The notes beneath the pieces were generated by a model that saw nothing but the letters and a program-made list of their open reading frames with translations, was not told the origin of the DNA and did not search any database. The position numbers and the translations under genes are program-made. From NCBI GenBank assembly GCA_029556545.1, contig JAKQEQ010000153.1:43348-107347 (forward strand): 64,000 nucleotides of DNA, read 5' to 3'. Below are positions 47,322 to 59,773 of the stretch, piece by piece. This DNA is from Candidatus Hydrogenedentota bacterium (GTDB lineage Bacteria; Hydrogenedentota; Hydrogenedentia; Hydrogenedentales; JAGMZX01). Every line of letters starts with the position of its first letter. Positions within the stretch are counted from its first letter, which is position 1.

Positions 47322-48737
47322 ATGCGAGTCCTGGTAGCCGATGACGACATGCCCGCGCGGTTCATGCTCGAAAACCTGGTTGTCGAGTGGGGTTACGAAG
47401 TCGAGGCCGTAGCGGACGGCGAAGAAGCCTGGCGCAGCATCAACGGCGGGCAGCCGCCGGACATCGCCGTGCTCGATTGGATGATGCCCGGCATGGACGG
47501 GACCGAGGTGTGCCGCCGCGTCAAAGCGCAGCCTGAATTGGGGCATCTGTACATCGTAATGGTGACGGGGCGTACCGAGAAGGCGGACCTCGTGGAGGGG
47601 CTCGAGTCCGGCGCCGACGATTTCCTGAGCAAGCCGGTGGACCCGGAGGAACTCCGGTGCCGCCTCGCGGTCGGCGCGCGCATCGTGCGCTACGAGCAGG
47701 AACTGCGCGAGAAGAACCGCGCCTTGCTCCTATTCCGGCGCGCCTTCCAGGACTCGATCCAGGAAATGTGCATCGCGGACGCCGCGGGCGCGATCCTGCA
47801 CGTGAATCCGTCGCTGATGCGCCGCTACGGCTACGAAGACGGGGAATTGGTCGGGCGGTCCTTTCAATGCCTGCGCCCCGACGAACAAGCCTTGGTTGAC
47901 CTCGGCATGTCGCTTGACGGCTTTGAACAAGTCCTGGCGGAAATGCGCCAGTGCCTGGCCGACCCGTCGCGCGGCCATTGGACCGGCATGGTCGCCAACC
48001 AGACCAAGGCGGGCGACATCGTCTGGACGCAGACCCACGTCAGCGCCATTCGCGACGGCGATGGGACCGTCGTCGGCCACATCACGTGTCCAGCGGACAT
48101 CACGAAGCAACTCGAGCGGGAGCTCGCCGTGCGTCTCGAGTGCTACCGCGCGATCACGGAGGTGGGCGAAGCCCGCGACAACGAGACCGGGTCCCACCTC
48201 AAGCGCATGTCGGAATATGCGCTGCTTCTGGCCCATACCCTCGGGCTGCCCCGCAAGTTCGCCGAGGACATCGGCGTGTTCGCGCCGCTCCATGACATCG
48301 GCAAAGTCGGCATCACGGACGCCATCCTCCTCGCCGAGCGCAAACTCACGCCCGAGGAGTTCGACACCATGAAAACCCACACCACCATCGGATACAACAT
48401 CCTCAAGGACAAAGAAACCCTCGAACTGGCCGCGGAAATCGCCCTCTCGCATCACGAGAAGTTCAACGGGAAGGGCTATCCGCGCGGGCTCGCGGGCGAG
48501 GATATCTCCTTGTCCGGACGCATCGTCGCCCTCTGCGACGTGTACGACGCGCTTCGGAGCGCGCGCCCGTACAAGAAACCGTGGACCCACGAGGCCGCCG
48601 CGGCCCAGATTCTCGCGGATTCCGGCACGCACTTCGACCCGGGCGTGGTCGAGGCGTTCCAGAAAGTCGAGCACGAGATGCGGGACATCTTCGACGTCAA
48701 CACGCGGGGAACCGCCGAGGCGGGCGAGGCGGTGTAG
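47322..48737 (+). CDS. Response regulator with receiver, PAS and HD-GYP domains (c-di-GMP phosphodiesterase, RpfG-like)
   Basis: MRVLVADDD…LDWMMPGMDG… receiver; HD-GYP motifs …APLHDIGKVGI… and …HHEKFNGKGYPRGL…. ATG at 47322 with AAAGGGGGGG upstream. Confidence 0.85.
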   Translation: MRVLVADDDMPARFMLENLVVEWGYEVEAVADGEEAWRSINGGQPPDIAVLDWMMPGMDGTEVCRRVKAQPELGHLYIVMVTGRTEKADLVEGLESGADDFLSKPVDPEELRCRLAVGARIVRYEQELREKNRALLLFRRAFQDSIQEMCIADAAGAILHVNPSLMRRYGYEDGELVGRSFQCLRPDEQALVDLGMSLDGFEQVLAEMRQCLADPSRGHWTGMVANQTKAGDIVWTQTHVSAIRDGDGTVVGHITCPADITKQLERELAVRLECYRAITEVGEARDNETGSHLKRMSEYALLLAHTLGLPRKFAEDIGVFAPLHDIGKVGITDAILLAERKLTPEEFDTMKTHTTIGYNILKDKETLELAAEIALSHHEKFNGKGYPRGLAGEDISLSGRIVALCDVYDALRSARPYKKPWTHEAAAAQILADSGTHFDPGVVEAFQKVEHEMRDIFDVNTRGTAEAGEAV

Positions 48738-48762
48738 GGGTCACGGTCCGAAGCGCAAGCGA

Positions 48763-50280
48763 TCAGAAGATCCCGCGTGCGTCGCGCGTCGCGCAGTCCA
48801 ATCGCGACGCCGCCTGCACGTTTATTTCACGCAATTCCGCCCCGGCCAGTTGGGAAATGCGCTCCACCACATCGAGGAATCGCTGTTGCTCCTCCTGCGA
48901 GACCGCCTCTTTCGCGAGCATGCGGAACTTCCCCACGTAGTCGGGCCGCCGCCACGGCGACGCGCCGAGCGAGTGCGCGTTGGCCACCGCGAGTTCATCC
49001 ACGAGCTTCGTGCCATCCCGGAACGTGATCTCGACGCGCCCGCCGAACGCCTTCTCCTTCGCGTCGTGCGTGTGATAGCGACGCGTCCACTCCGGGCTCT
49101 CGACGGTGCGTATCTTGCTCCACAGCGTGACGGTGTCCGGCCGCGCGGCCCGTTCCGGCGCGTAGCTGTCGACGTGATGCCAGCGCCCGTCCTCGAGCGC
49201 CACGGCGAAGATATACATGATGCTGTGGTCGAGCGTTTCGCGGCTGGCGCTCGGGTCGAATTTCTGCGGATCGTTCGAGCCGGTGCCGATAACGTGGTGG
49301 GTGTGGTGGCTCGTGTGGATGACGACGGACTCGATGGCGTCGAAGTCCGATATCGACTCGCGCATGCGAAACGCGAGATCGATGAGCGCCTGGCTTTGGT
49401 ACTCCGCCGAGTGTTCCTTCGTGTACGACTCGAGGATGGCGCGCATCGGCTCGCCGGGCTCGGGCAGCGGCACGTAATACGAGGCGTCCGGCCCGTCGAG
49501 CATGTGCGCGATGACGCTGTCCTCGCCCTCGTAAATGGGCGACGGCGCCCGCTCGCCGCGCATGGCCCGGTCCACCGCCTCGATGGCCAGTTTGCCGGCG
49601 TGGGCCGGGGCGTAGGCCTTCCAGCTCGATATCTCACCCTTGCGCGACTGCCGGGTCGTGAACGACACGTGCACCGCCTGCTGCACCGCCTGGTAGATGG
49701 TGTCCGCGTCCAGGCGCAGCATCGCGCCGATGCCCGCCGCCTGCGCCGGGCACAAGTGCGCGATGTGGTCCTTCTTGTGCTTGTGCAGGCAGATGCCCTT
49801 CACGAGGTTAATCTGGATTTCGTAGCCGGTCAGGATGCCCCGGAGCAGGTCGGCGCCCGTCAGCCGGTAGCGGTCCGCGCATTGCTGCGCCACCGCGAGT
49901 ATCGGCGGGATATTGTCGCCCGGATGCGAGTAATCCGCCGCCAGGAACGTGTCGTGCCAGTCCAACTCGCGCACCGCCGTGCCGTTCGCCCACGCCGCCC
50001 ACGCGGCGTCAAAGCCCTGGTCGTTCGAGAGGCCGAAGACCCGCGCGCCGTCCGTCCGCGGATGCGCCAGGGCCTGGCTCCGGGCGTTCGCCACCGGCGC
50101 GCGATTCAGCGCCGCGACCGCGACCGACGCATTGTCGATGATGCGATTCAGCGCCATCTCGACCGCCGCCGCATCCAGGGGCGCATCGTCCGCCGCGACC
50201 CGCGCAATTTGCCACGCCAGTTGCGCTTCCTTCGGCAAGACCGCCTTCGACGGGTAAACCCGGACCTCGTGGACTTTCAT
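48763..50280 (-). CDS. MmgE/PrpD-family protein (2-methylcitrate dehydratase-like)
   Basis: ~506 aa with the two-domain PrpD pattern (…GTAVRELDWHDTFLAADYSHPGDN…). Start at the internal ATG 50280 (MKVHEV); the ORF extends to 50358. Confidence 0.7.
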   Translation of the reverse strand: MKVHEVRVYPSKAVLPKEAQLAWQIARVAADDAPLDAAAVEMALNRIIDNASVAVAALNRAPVANARSQALAHPRTDGARVFGLSNDQGFDAAWAAWANGTAVRELDWHDTFLAADYSHPGDNIPPILAVAQQCADRYRLTGADLLRGILTGYEIQINLVKGICLHKHKKDHIAHLCPAQAAGIGAMLRLDADTIYQAVQQAVHVSFTTRQSRKGEISSWKAYAPAHAGKLAIEAVDRAMRGERAPSPIYEGEDSVIAHMLDGPDASYYVPLPEPGEPMRAILESYTKEHSAEYQSQALIDLAFRMRESISDFDAIESVVIHTSHHTHHVIGTGSNDPQKFDPSASRETLDHSIMYIFAVALEDGRWHHVDSYAPERAARPDTVTLWSKIRTVESPEWTRRYHTHDAKEKAFGGRVEITFRDGTKLVDELAVANAHSLGASPWRRPDYVGKFRMLAKEAVSQEEQQRFLDVVERISQLAGAELREINVQAASRLDCATRDARGIF

Positions 50281-50427
50281 CGTTGTCACGCTCCCATCAA
50301 GCCCCGTCAACGCCCCGTACTCGAAAAACAACCCGCGTCGCCGGAGTATGCCCCACACACGAAGCGGGTTTGTAGTCCGGGCGTTTGTAGTCCAGCCTTC
50401 AGGCTGTCTTGAAGCGGGCCGCTTTCC

Positions 50428-52398
<1,971 letters not shown>

Positions 52399-52483
52399 CG
52401 TGCCAAGGGGTTCCTTGTTAGTCCGGGGCGCGACCACCGCCCGATCGCCCCATGCAACTGACGTCCCAGGGCCGCGCGACGGC

Positions 52484-52511
52484 TTGCCCCGGCGTTACGC
52501 GCACCTATACT
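52484..52511 (+). promoter_or_regulatory. Candidate sigma-70 promoter (TTGCCC, 16-nt spacer, TATACT) in the ftsH/MFS divergent region
   Basis: A perfect-looking -10 TATACT at 52506-52511 with TTGCCC 16 nt upstream. This would give a ~365-nt leader before the MFS start at 52885. Confidence 0.3.
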
Positions 52512-52884
52512 CTAAAGGCATGATACCATACATACGGACTAGGCACAATGACGCCGGGCTTCCCGATTGCCCCAGAGTCGATGGCTCGAAATGTGCCGTC
52601 CGCCAACGGTTTACGCGTGTCCGACCCACGCCGCCCCGCGGTACGGGGTCGCCCAAGGCCCGTGCCAAGATAGCAACATTCCCACGAAACAAGCCATTCC
52701 TGGGTGTTTTCCCCCGTGAGCACGCTCGCGGCTGTGCGGCATATTCCGGTCGCGGCGGGTGTTTGCAGGCGCGCAAGCGCGTGTTCTCCGACGCGCGCGC
52801 CGTGACGAAGACCGCGCCGGCGCCAGAACAACGCACCGCTACCCGAAGGATGATCCTCGTGTCCGCACCCACGCGATTACAGCC

Positions 52885-54270
52885 ATGAGCACGCCGGAAC
52901 CGCAAGCCGCAGCGGCGGCGCGCCTGTCTCCCGAAGCGCGTCGGGCCGTCGGCATCGTCTTCCTGACACTTTTCATCGATCTGGTCTCCTTTTCGATCAT
53001 TTTCCCGCTGTTCCCGAACATGCTGACGTACTATCGCGAGGTCGAGCAGGGCGCGGGTCTCTTCGGTTGGCTCTACGGCGCAACCGACCGGCTGACCCAA
53101 CTCGCCGGATCGCCCGAGGGCGATTGGGGCGTCATGGTCCTTTTCGGCGGCGTATTGGGCGCGCTGTATTCTTTTCTCCAATTCCTTTTCGCGCCGATCC
53201 TTGGCCGCGTGTCCGACCGTATCGGGCGCAGGCCGGTCCTCCTGATCGGCGTCGGCGGCATGGCAATCTCGCACCTGCTGTGGGTATTCGCCGGGCGGTT
53301 CTGGCTTTTCCTGCTCTCCCGCGTGATCGGCGGGATGATGAGCGCGAACATCGCAACGGCGACCGCCGTTGTGGCCGACGTGACGGACGCGCGGTCCCGC
53401 CCGCGCGGCATGGCCCTTATCGGCATGGCGTTCGGGCTCGGGTTCATCATCGGCCCCGCGCTCGGCGGCCTATCCGCCATGATCGACCTTACGCGGTACT
53501 GGCCGGACCTTGGCGCGGCGGGAATCAACCCCTTCTCGACGCCGGCGCTCATCGCCACGGGCTTGTCCCTGGTGAACTTGCTGCAACTCGCGTTGCGCTT
53601 CCGCGAGTCCCTGCCGAAAGGGAACGGAGCGCCCGATACGACGCAACGAACCGCGAACCTGTTCGTCCTGCTCCGTTTGCGCGGGAATGCGGGGACCGGC
53701 GGTGTCAACCTGACCTACTTCCTCTTCTTCGCGGTCTTCTCGGGCATGGAGTTCACGCTGACCTTCCTTACGGTGGACCGCCTCGGCTACGCTCCCCGCG
53801 AAAACGGCCTCATGTTCCTGTACGTGGGGCTTGTCCTCGCCCTCATGCAGGGGAGTTACGTGCGCGTCTTCGCCGCGCGACTGGGACCGAAACGGATGAG
53901 CGGTCACGGCATCCTGCTGGCGGCGCCCGGCCTGCTGCTCATCGGACTGGCGGCAATCAGCGCAAGCGGACCACTCCTCTTTCTCGGGTTGGGCCTGCTC
54001 GCCGCAGGCGTCGCACAGGCCGCGCCGTGCCTGACGGCCCTCGCCAGCTTGTACGCGCCCCCCAGTGATCAGGGCCGTGTGTTGGGCGTGTTCCGGTCCG
54101 TGGGCGCGCTGGCCCGCGCCGTGGGCCCTCTCGCGGCGTGCCTCTTGTATTGGGGTCTGGGCGCGGAACTGGCCTACGTGGCGGCCGGAATCTTCATGCT
54201 CGCGCCGCTTTGGATCGCGAGACGGCTTCCCGACCCGCCCGCCCACGACAAAAATCCTACCATTCCGTAG
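52885..54270 (+). CDS. MFS transporter (Tet/TCR-like 12-TM efflux family)
   Basis: 461 aa, 12 predicted TM helices, MFS motif A-like …[14 protein letters not shown]…. ATG at 52885 inside ORF 52759..54270. Confidence 0.75.
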   Translation: MSTPEPQAAAAARLSPEARRAVGIVFLTLFIDLVSFSIIFPLFPNMLTYYREVEQGAGLFGWLYGATDRLTQLAGSPEGDWGVMVLFGGVLGALYSFLQFLFAPILGRVSDRIGRRPVLLIGVGGMAISHLLWVFAGRFWLFLLSRVIGGMMSANIATATAVVADVTDARSRPRGMALIGMAFGLGFIIGPALGGLSAMIDLTRYWPDLGAAGINPFSTPALIATGLSLVNLLQLALRFRESLPKGNGAPDTTQRTANLFVLLRLRGNAGTGGVNLTYFLFFAVFSGMEFTLTFLTVDRLGYAPRENGLMFLYVGLVLALMQGSYVRVFAARLGPKRMSGHGILLAAPGLLLIGLAAISASGPLLFLGLGLLAAGVAQAAPCLTALASLYAPPSDQGRVLGVFRSVGALARAVGPLAACLLYWGLGAELAYVAAGIFMLAPLWIARRLPDPPAHDKNPTIP

Positions 54271-54462
54271 TTTCTTGCGGGCCATCCTACCGGCGCGTAC
54301 GCGTCCGGGCGCCATGAAGCGGTACGGATTCGACGTGTCGCTCAACCCGAACGCCCTGATGAAAGGAGCACCCGATATACGCGAATTTGCGGGCGTTTTC
54401 GCGGATTCCAGGGTGTCGCACCGGCGTGCGGCCCGCGCTCAGGGCCGCCAAACAGCCACTGT

Positions 54463-54478
54463 TGGCACAAGAGTTGCT
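54463..54478 (+). promoter_or_regulatory. Sigma-54 (-24/-12) promoter TGGCAC-N5-TTGCT upstream of amt
   Basis: TGGCACAAGAGTTGCT read directly. It is a perfect match to the GG-N10-GC sigma-54 consensus and lies ~125 nt upstream of the amt-glnK-glnA nitrogen genes. Confidence 0.55.
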
Positions 54479-54604
54479 TCCCCTCCACAAGCGCGGTGCG
54501 TCGCCGTCCGATACGACAACGTAGGATGCCCCGACGTGGCCGCGCGTCTTTGGGCAATATGGTTGGATACGGGCCAAGGGTTCAAACCGGGAGGCCAATG
54601 CGCC

Positions 54605-55963
54605 GTGAACCTCCAAAATCGAGATGCGCACATACGCCGGGCATGCGCCCTGGCGGCCCTGCTCTGCATGGTCATGCTTGGCGGCGCGGCGATCGCCGAT
54701 AATGGGGCCAAGGACACAATCCAGGCCGGCGACACGGCGTGGATGCTCACGGCCACCGCGCTGGTGTTGTTCATGACCATACCGGGCCTGTCCCTCTTCT
54801 ACGCGGGGCTGGTCCGCGCGCGCAACGTGTTGTCCGTATTGATGCAGTGCTTCGCGATCACAGCGCTCGCGACCGTTCTCTGGACCGCGTACGGCTACAG
54901 CCTCGCGTTTGACGACACGGGCATGGTCGAGGGCGGGTACAACCTGCGCAGTTTCGTGGGCGGCCTCAGCAAACTCCTGCTCCTGCCCGTGACCGCCGAC
55001 AGCGCCGCCGGGACCATTCCCGAATCGGTGTTCGTCGTGTTCCAAATGACCTTTGCCATCATCACACCCGCGCTGATTTGCGGCGCGTACGCCGAGCGCA
55101 TGAAGTTCTCGGCGGTGCTCCTGTTCTCGGGGCTCTGGTTGACGCTGGTGTACGCGCCCATCTGCCACATGGCGTGGGCCGGGCCGGGCGCGCTGTTCGC
55201 CAATTTGGGCGTCCTCGATTTCGCGGGCGGCACGGTGGTGCACATCAACGCGGGCATAGCCGCGCTGGCGGCCTGCGTTATCCTTGGAAAGCGCAAGGGA
55301 TATCCCGACACCCAGATCATGCCGCATAACCTCGGCATGACCGTGACCGGCGCGGGCATGCTCTGGGTCGGCTGGTTCGGGTTCAATGCGGGCAGCGCGG
55401 TGGCGGCGGACGGCGCCGCCGGCATGGCCATGCTGGTGACGCAACTGAGCACCGCGACAGCCACGCTCACCTGGATGGCTATCGAGTGGACGAAGCACGG
55501 CAAACCGAGCGCGCTCGGCGCGGCCACCGGCGCGGTGGCGGGGTTGGTGGCGATTACACCGGCGTCGGGATCGTGCGGCCCGCTGGGCGCGCTGGTAATC
55601 GGCCTTGTCGCCGGCGCGGTCTGCTTCTGGGGCGCGACCAGCCTCAAGAAGATGGCCGGCTACGACGACTCGCTCGACGCGTTCGGCGTGCATGGAATAG
55701 GCGGCATCGTGGGTGCGTTGCTCACGGGCGTGTTCGCGGCCCCGGCCCTGGGCGGCCAGGGATTCGGCGACGGCGTCGCGGGCATCGGCGGCCAGGTGGC
55801 GGCGCAAGGCATGAGCGTGGTCTTCACGCTGGTCTACGGCGGGATTGTTTCGGCGGTGATATTGAAGGCGCTTGATGCGACGGTCGGGTTGCGCGTGTCG
55901 AGCGAAGAAGAGGAAATGGGCCTCGACGTGGCGCTGCACGGCGAAGAGGGATACCACCTGTGA
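54605..55963 (+). CDS. amtB: Ammonium transporter (Amt family)
   Basis: The ORF runs 54065..55963, but its first ~180 codons overlap the MFS gene and look non-coding. The convincing protein begins at the in-frame GTG at 54605 with a signal peptide (…IRRACALAALLCMVMLGGAAIA), then Amt motifs (…DFAGGTVVHINAG…, …GWFGFNAG…). GGGAGG lies 13 nt upstream. Confidence 0.8.
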   Translation: MNLQNRDAHIRRACALAALLCMVMLGGAAIADNGAKDTIQAGDTAWMLTATALVLFMTIPGLSLFYAGLVRARNVLSVLMQCFAITALATVLWTAYGYSLAFDDTGMVEGGYNLRSFVGGLSKLLLLPVTADSAAGTIPESVFVVFQMTFAIITPALICGAYAERMKFSAVLLFSGLWLTLVYAPICHMAWAGPGALFANLGVLDFAGGTVVHINAGIAALAACVILGKRKGYPDTQIMPHNLGMTVTGAGMLWVGWFGFNAGSAVAADGAAGMAMLVTQLSTATATLTWMAIEWTKHGKPSALGAATGAVAGLVAITPASGSCGPLGALVIGLVAGAVCFWGATSLKKMAGYDDSLDAFGVHGIGGIVGALLTGVFAAPALGGQGFGDGVAGIGGQVAAQGMSVVFTLVYGGIVSAVILKALDATVGLRVSSEEEEMGLDVALHGEEGYHL

Positions 55964-56021
55964 GCGAAAACGGGAGTTTTTGCGGGGCCTCGAAGGGTAT
56001 CGCTATACTCCGTGAACTTAG

Positions 56022-56384
<363 letters not shown>

Positions 56385-56483
56385 CGGGCACGGCGGAAGG
56401 AACCGGGACCGAACACGGATATGCTCGGGGGACCGGTAAACATACGACGAGGCTAAAGAAGCCTACATGAAGGAGCTTGGTTT

Positions 56484-57908
56484 ATGCACAAGAATCTGGG
56501 ACCCAGCGACGTAGTCAAGATGATGCAGGAGCGGAACATTCAGTTCGTCGATTTGCGCTTCATGGACTTCCCCGGCCTGCAACAGCACTTGACGTTTCCC
56601 GTGAAGCAAATCACGGAGGAAGTATTCGAGGAGGGCCTCGGCTTCGACGGGTCGAGCATCCGCGGCTGGCAGGGCATTCACGAAAGCGACATGCTCGTCA
56701 TGCCCGATCCCCGCACGGCCACGGTGGACCCCTTCGCGGAGATTCCCACGCTCATCCTCTACTGCAACATCCTGGACCCGATCACCAAGGCGCGCTACTC
56801 GCGCGACCCGCGCAACGTCGCCCAGAAGGCGGAGGCCTACCTCGCGTCGACCGGCATCGGCGACACCGCCTACTTCGGGCCGGAAGCGGAATTCTTCATC
56901 TTTGACGAGGTGCGCTACGACCAGACGCCGCATTCGGGCTATTACTTCCTCGACAGTGCCGAGGGCATCTGGAACGCCGGACGGCAGGAAAACCCGAACC
57001 TCGGCTACAAACTGCGGTACAAGGAAGGGTATTTCCCCGTACCGCCGTCGGACTCGCAGTTCAACCTCCGCAGCGAGATGGTCGCCACCATGATCGCGTG
57101 CGGGCTCGACGTCGAATGCCACCACCACGAGGTCGCCACCGGCGGCCAGGCGGAAATCGACCTGCGCTACGACGCGCTCACCGCCATGGCCGACAAGATG
57201 ACGCTGTACAAGTACATCATCAAGAACACGGCGCACAAACACGGCAAGACGGCCACCTTCATGCCGAAACCCATGTTCTCGGACAACGGGTCCGGCATGC
57301 ACACCCACGTCAGCCTCTGGAAAGGCGGCAAGCCCCTCTTCGCGGGCGACAAGTACGCCGGACTCAGCCAGGACGCCCTCTGGTTCATCGGCGGGCTCCT
57401 CAAGCACGCGAACGCGCTCGTGGCCCTCACGAACCCGACGACGAACTCGTTCAAGCGGCTTGTACCCGGCTATGAAGCGCCCGTAAACATCGCGTACAGC
57501 GCCCGCAACCGGAGCGCCTGCTGCCGCATTCCGATGTACTCGCCCAGTCCGAAGGCCAAGCGCGTCGAGTTCCGCGTGCCGGACCCGGCCTGCAACCCTT
57601 ACTTCGCGTTTTCCGCCATACTCATGGCCGGTATCGACGGCATCCAGAACAAGATCGACCCCGGCGAGCCGATGGACAAGGACCTCTACGACCTGCCGCC
57701 CGAGGAAAAGGCGAAGGTTCCCCAGGTCCCCGGCAGCCTCGCCCGCGCCCTCGAGGCTCTCGAGAAGGACCACGAATTCCTCCTCCGCGGCGACGTCTTC
57801 ACCGAAGACGTGCTCCGGACCTGGATCAACTACAAGCGCGAAAAGGAAGTGCTCCAGGTCAACCTGCGCCCGCACCCCTACGAGTTCTACCTCTACTTCG
57901 ACATTTGA
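56484..57908 (+). CDS. glnA: Glutamine synthetase type I
   Basis: 474 aa. GS-I signatures (…FDGSSIRGW…, …[16 protein letters not shown]…) and the adenylylation-loop region …NLYDLPPEE…. AAGGAGC RBS. Confidence 0.92.
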   Translation: MHKNLGPSDVVKMMQERNIQFVDLRFMDFPGLQQHLTFPVKQITEEVFEEGLGFDGSSIRGWQGIHESDMLVMPDPRTATVDPFAEIPTLILYCNILDPITKARYSRDPRNVAQKAEAYLASTGIGDTAYFGPEAEFFIFDEVRYDQTPHSGYYFLDSAEGIWNAGRQENPNLGYKLRYKEGYFPVPPSDSQFNLRSEMVATMIACGLDVECHHHEVATGGQAEIDLRYDALTAMADKMTLYKYIIKNTAHKHGKTATFMPKPMFSDNGSGMHTHVSLWKGGKPLFAGDKYAGLSQDALWFIGGLLKHANALVALTNPTTNSFKRLVPGYEAPVNIAYSARNRSACCRIPMYSPSPKAKRVEFRVPDPACNPYFAFSAILMAGIDGIQNKIDPGEPMDKDLYDLPPEEKAKVPQVPGSLARALEALEKDHEFLLRGDVFTEDVLRTWINYKREKEVLQVNLRPHPYEFYLYFDI

Positions 57909-57933
57909 TCGTCGCGAACAACTTGACCTATCA

Positions 57934-58030
57934 GGAGGTGGGGCCGCTCGCCCCACCTCGCTCTGTTATTCGGGGAGAAGACAGCCGCCATAAGAGGTGG
58001 GGCGTCCCGCCCCACACGCCATATGCCCTC
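57934..58030 (+). repeat. Twin near-identical GC hairpins AGGTGGGGC-N5-GCCCCAC(CT) after glnA
   Basis: AGGTGGGGCCGCTCGCCCCACCT at 57936-57958 and AGGTGGGGCGTCCCGCCCCAC at 58005-58025. The first probably terminates glnA. The pair could also be REP-like elements. Confidence 0.45.
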
Positions 58031-58454
58031 TCTTCCCGAAGGACGTAGGTACAGGCACGTCCCGTATATCCCATCGGTCGCGCGAAGCCAGCGTCCCCTA
58101 CAAGAGACCAAGGAACACGACCCAGCAAGACATCGTGCGCCCGGCATCATGGCCATGGCCGACTTGCACGCGAACATCCCGTACCGTGCGAGGCGGGCCT
58201 TCTCCCGTCACGTTGGGGGAGATTTGGCGGGTTCTTTCTTCCGTATCGAGCGCGGGGGAAGCCGCCCTTGGCCGGGCGCTCGGGAAAAAGTTGATCTTGC
58301 GCGGCTTCTTCAGCACAATCGCAACTAAGTGTCAGGGAAAATCCCGGAGAGCTTTGCAGTTGGGGGGCTCGCCGGTATTCCTGAGATGGTGGGAACCCTC
58401 GAGAAGGCATTCAGCACGACTCGAGGCACAAGAAGCCAAAGGGAGTAACGCACC

Positions 58455-59720
58455 ATGTCCGCACCAAGTAGTGTTTCCGCATCAACGCCGATCAATCGCT
58501 GGTTCATCGCCCTTGCGGGCGTAGTCATGCAACTCACGTTGGGGACCGTCTACGCCTGGAGCGTGTTCAAGAGGCCGTTCATGGCGCAACACGGCTGGAC
58601 CAATGACCAGACGGGCCTTGCCTTCACGCTCGTCATTTTCTTCATCGGGGTTTCCGCGGCCTTCGGCGGCAAGTTCGTTGACAAGGCCGGGGCGCGCAAG
58701 GTCGCGACGCTTGCGGCGATTCTGTTCGGATTGGGCACCCTGCTTACCGGTGTCGCGGATAAATTGGGCAGTCTTTGGCTGCTGTATTTGGGTTACGGCG
58801 TCATTGCCGGCATCGGTAACGGCTTAGGCTATATTACCCCCATAGCCGTCCTGGTGCGTTGGTTTCCCGACAAGCGCGGCCTGATTACCGGTTTGGCGGT
58901 CATGGGCTTCGGATTCGGCTCGGCCATTATCGGGCAGATTGCGCCCTTCCTGATTCCGGAGGTGAACGCGGCAGGCGAAATCGTCGCCGTGAATCTGGGA
59001 CTGGCGAAGACCTTCTACGTCTTTGGCGGCGTCTTTCTCGTGCTGCTGCTGGCGGCCGCCCAGTTCCTTAACAATCCGCCGGCGGGGTGGGCGCCCCCGG
59101 TGCCGGCAGGCACGGTGAAGGCCGCGGCGCCGGCGGCGGGCGTGGAACTTGGCGGTGCGTTGCGGATGTACCAGTTCTACATTCTTTGGCTGCTGCTGTT
59201 TCTGAACGTGGCGGCGGGCATCGCGCTGATAAGCAATCTCTCGGTGATGGCGCAGGACGCCTGCGCGGTGACGGCGGTGGTTGCCGGGACGGTGATCTTT
59301 GTCAGTTCATTATTCAACGGTCTGGGGCGCATTTTCTGGGCGAGCCTCTCCGACAAGATCGGCCGCAAGACGGTATTCGCGATCATGTTCGGCACGCAGG
59401 TTCCGCTGTTCTTCCTGCTGCCCCAAATCAGCAACATCGTCCTGTTTACGGTTGTTACGTGCTACATCCTCTCGTGCTACGGGGGCGGCTTCGCCTCGAT
59501 GCCCGCCTATGCGGCCGACACCTTCGGTGCGAAGAACATGGGGCAGATTTATGGGAAGATTTTGTTGGCGTGGGCCGCGGCGGGCGTTGCCGGCCCGATG
59601 CTGATGGAGTACATCAAGAGCAGTTCCGGGACGTTCAAGATGGCCGTCTTTGTCGCCGGCGGCATGTTAATTGTCGGTTTCCTTCTCAACCTGTGCTACC
59701 GCAAGCCAAAGATTGCGTAG
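58455..59720 (+). CDS. MFS transporter of the oxalate/formate antiporter (OFA) family
   Basis: 421 aa, 12 TM helices, OFA-like N-terminus (…LAGVVMQLTLGTVYAWSVFK…). Directly upstream of the formate dehydrogenase genes. AAAGGGAG RBS. Confidence 0.7.
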   Translation: MSAPSSVSASTPINRWFIALAGVVMQLTLGTVYAWSVFKRPFMAQHGWTNDQTGLAFTLVIFFIGVSAAFGGKFVDKAGARKVATLAAILFGLGTLLTGVADKLGSLWLLYLGYGVIAGIGNGLGYITPIAVLVRWFPDKRGLITGLAVMGFGFGSAIIGQIAPFLIPEVNAAGEIVAVNLGLAKTFYVFGGVFLVLLLAAAQFLNNPPAGWAPPVPAGTVKAAAPAAGVELGGALRMYQFYILWLLLFLNVAAGIALISNLSVMAQDACAVTAVVAGTVIFVSSLFNGLGRIFWASLSDKIGRKTVFAIMFGTQVPLFFLLPQISNIVLFTVVTCYILSCYGGGFASMPAYAADTFGAKNMGQIYGKILLAWAAAGVAGPMLMEYIKSSSGTFKMAVFVAGGMLIVGFLLNLCYRKPKIA

Positions 59721-59773
59721 CAGTAATCTGTAACGATCCGGCATGTGCAGTCTTACGAAGGAAGGAAGATACG

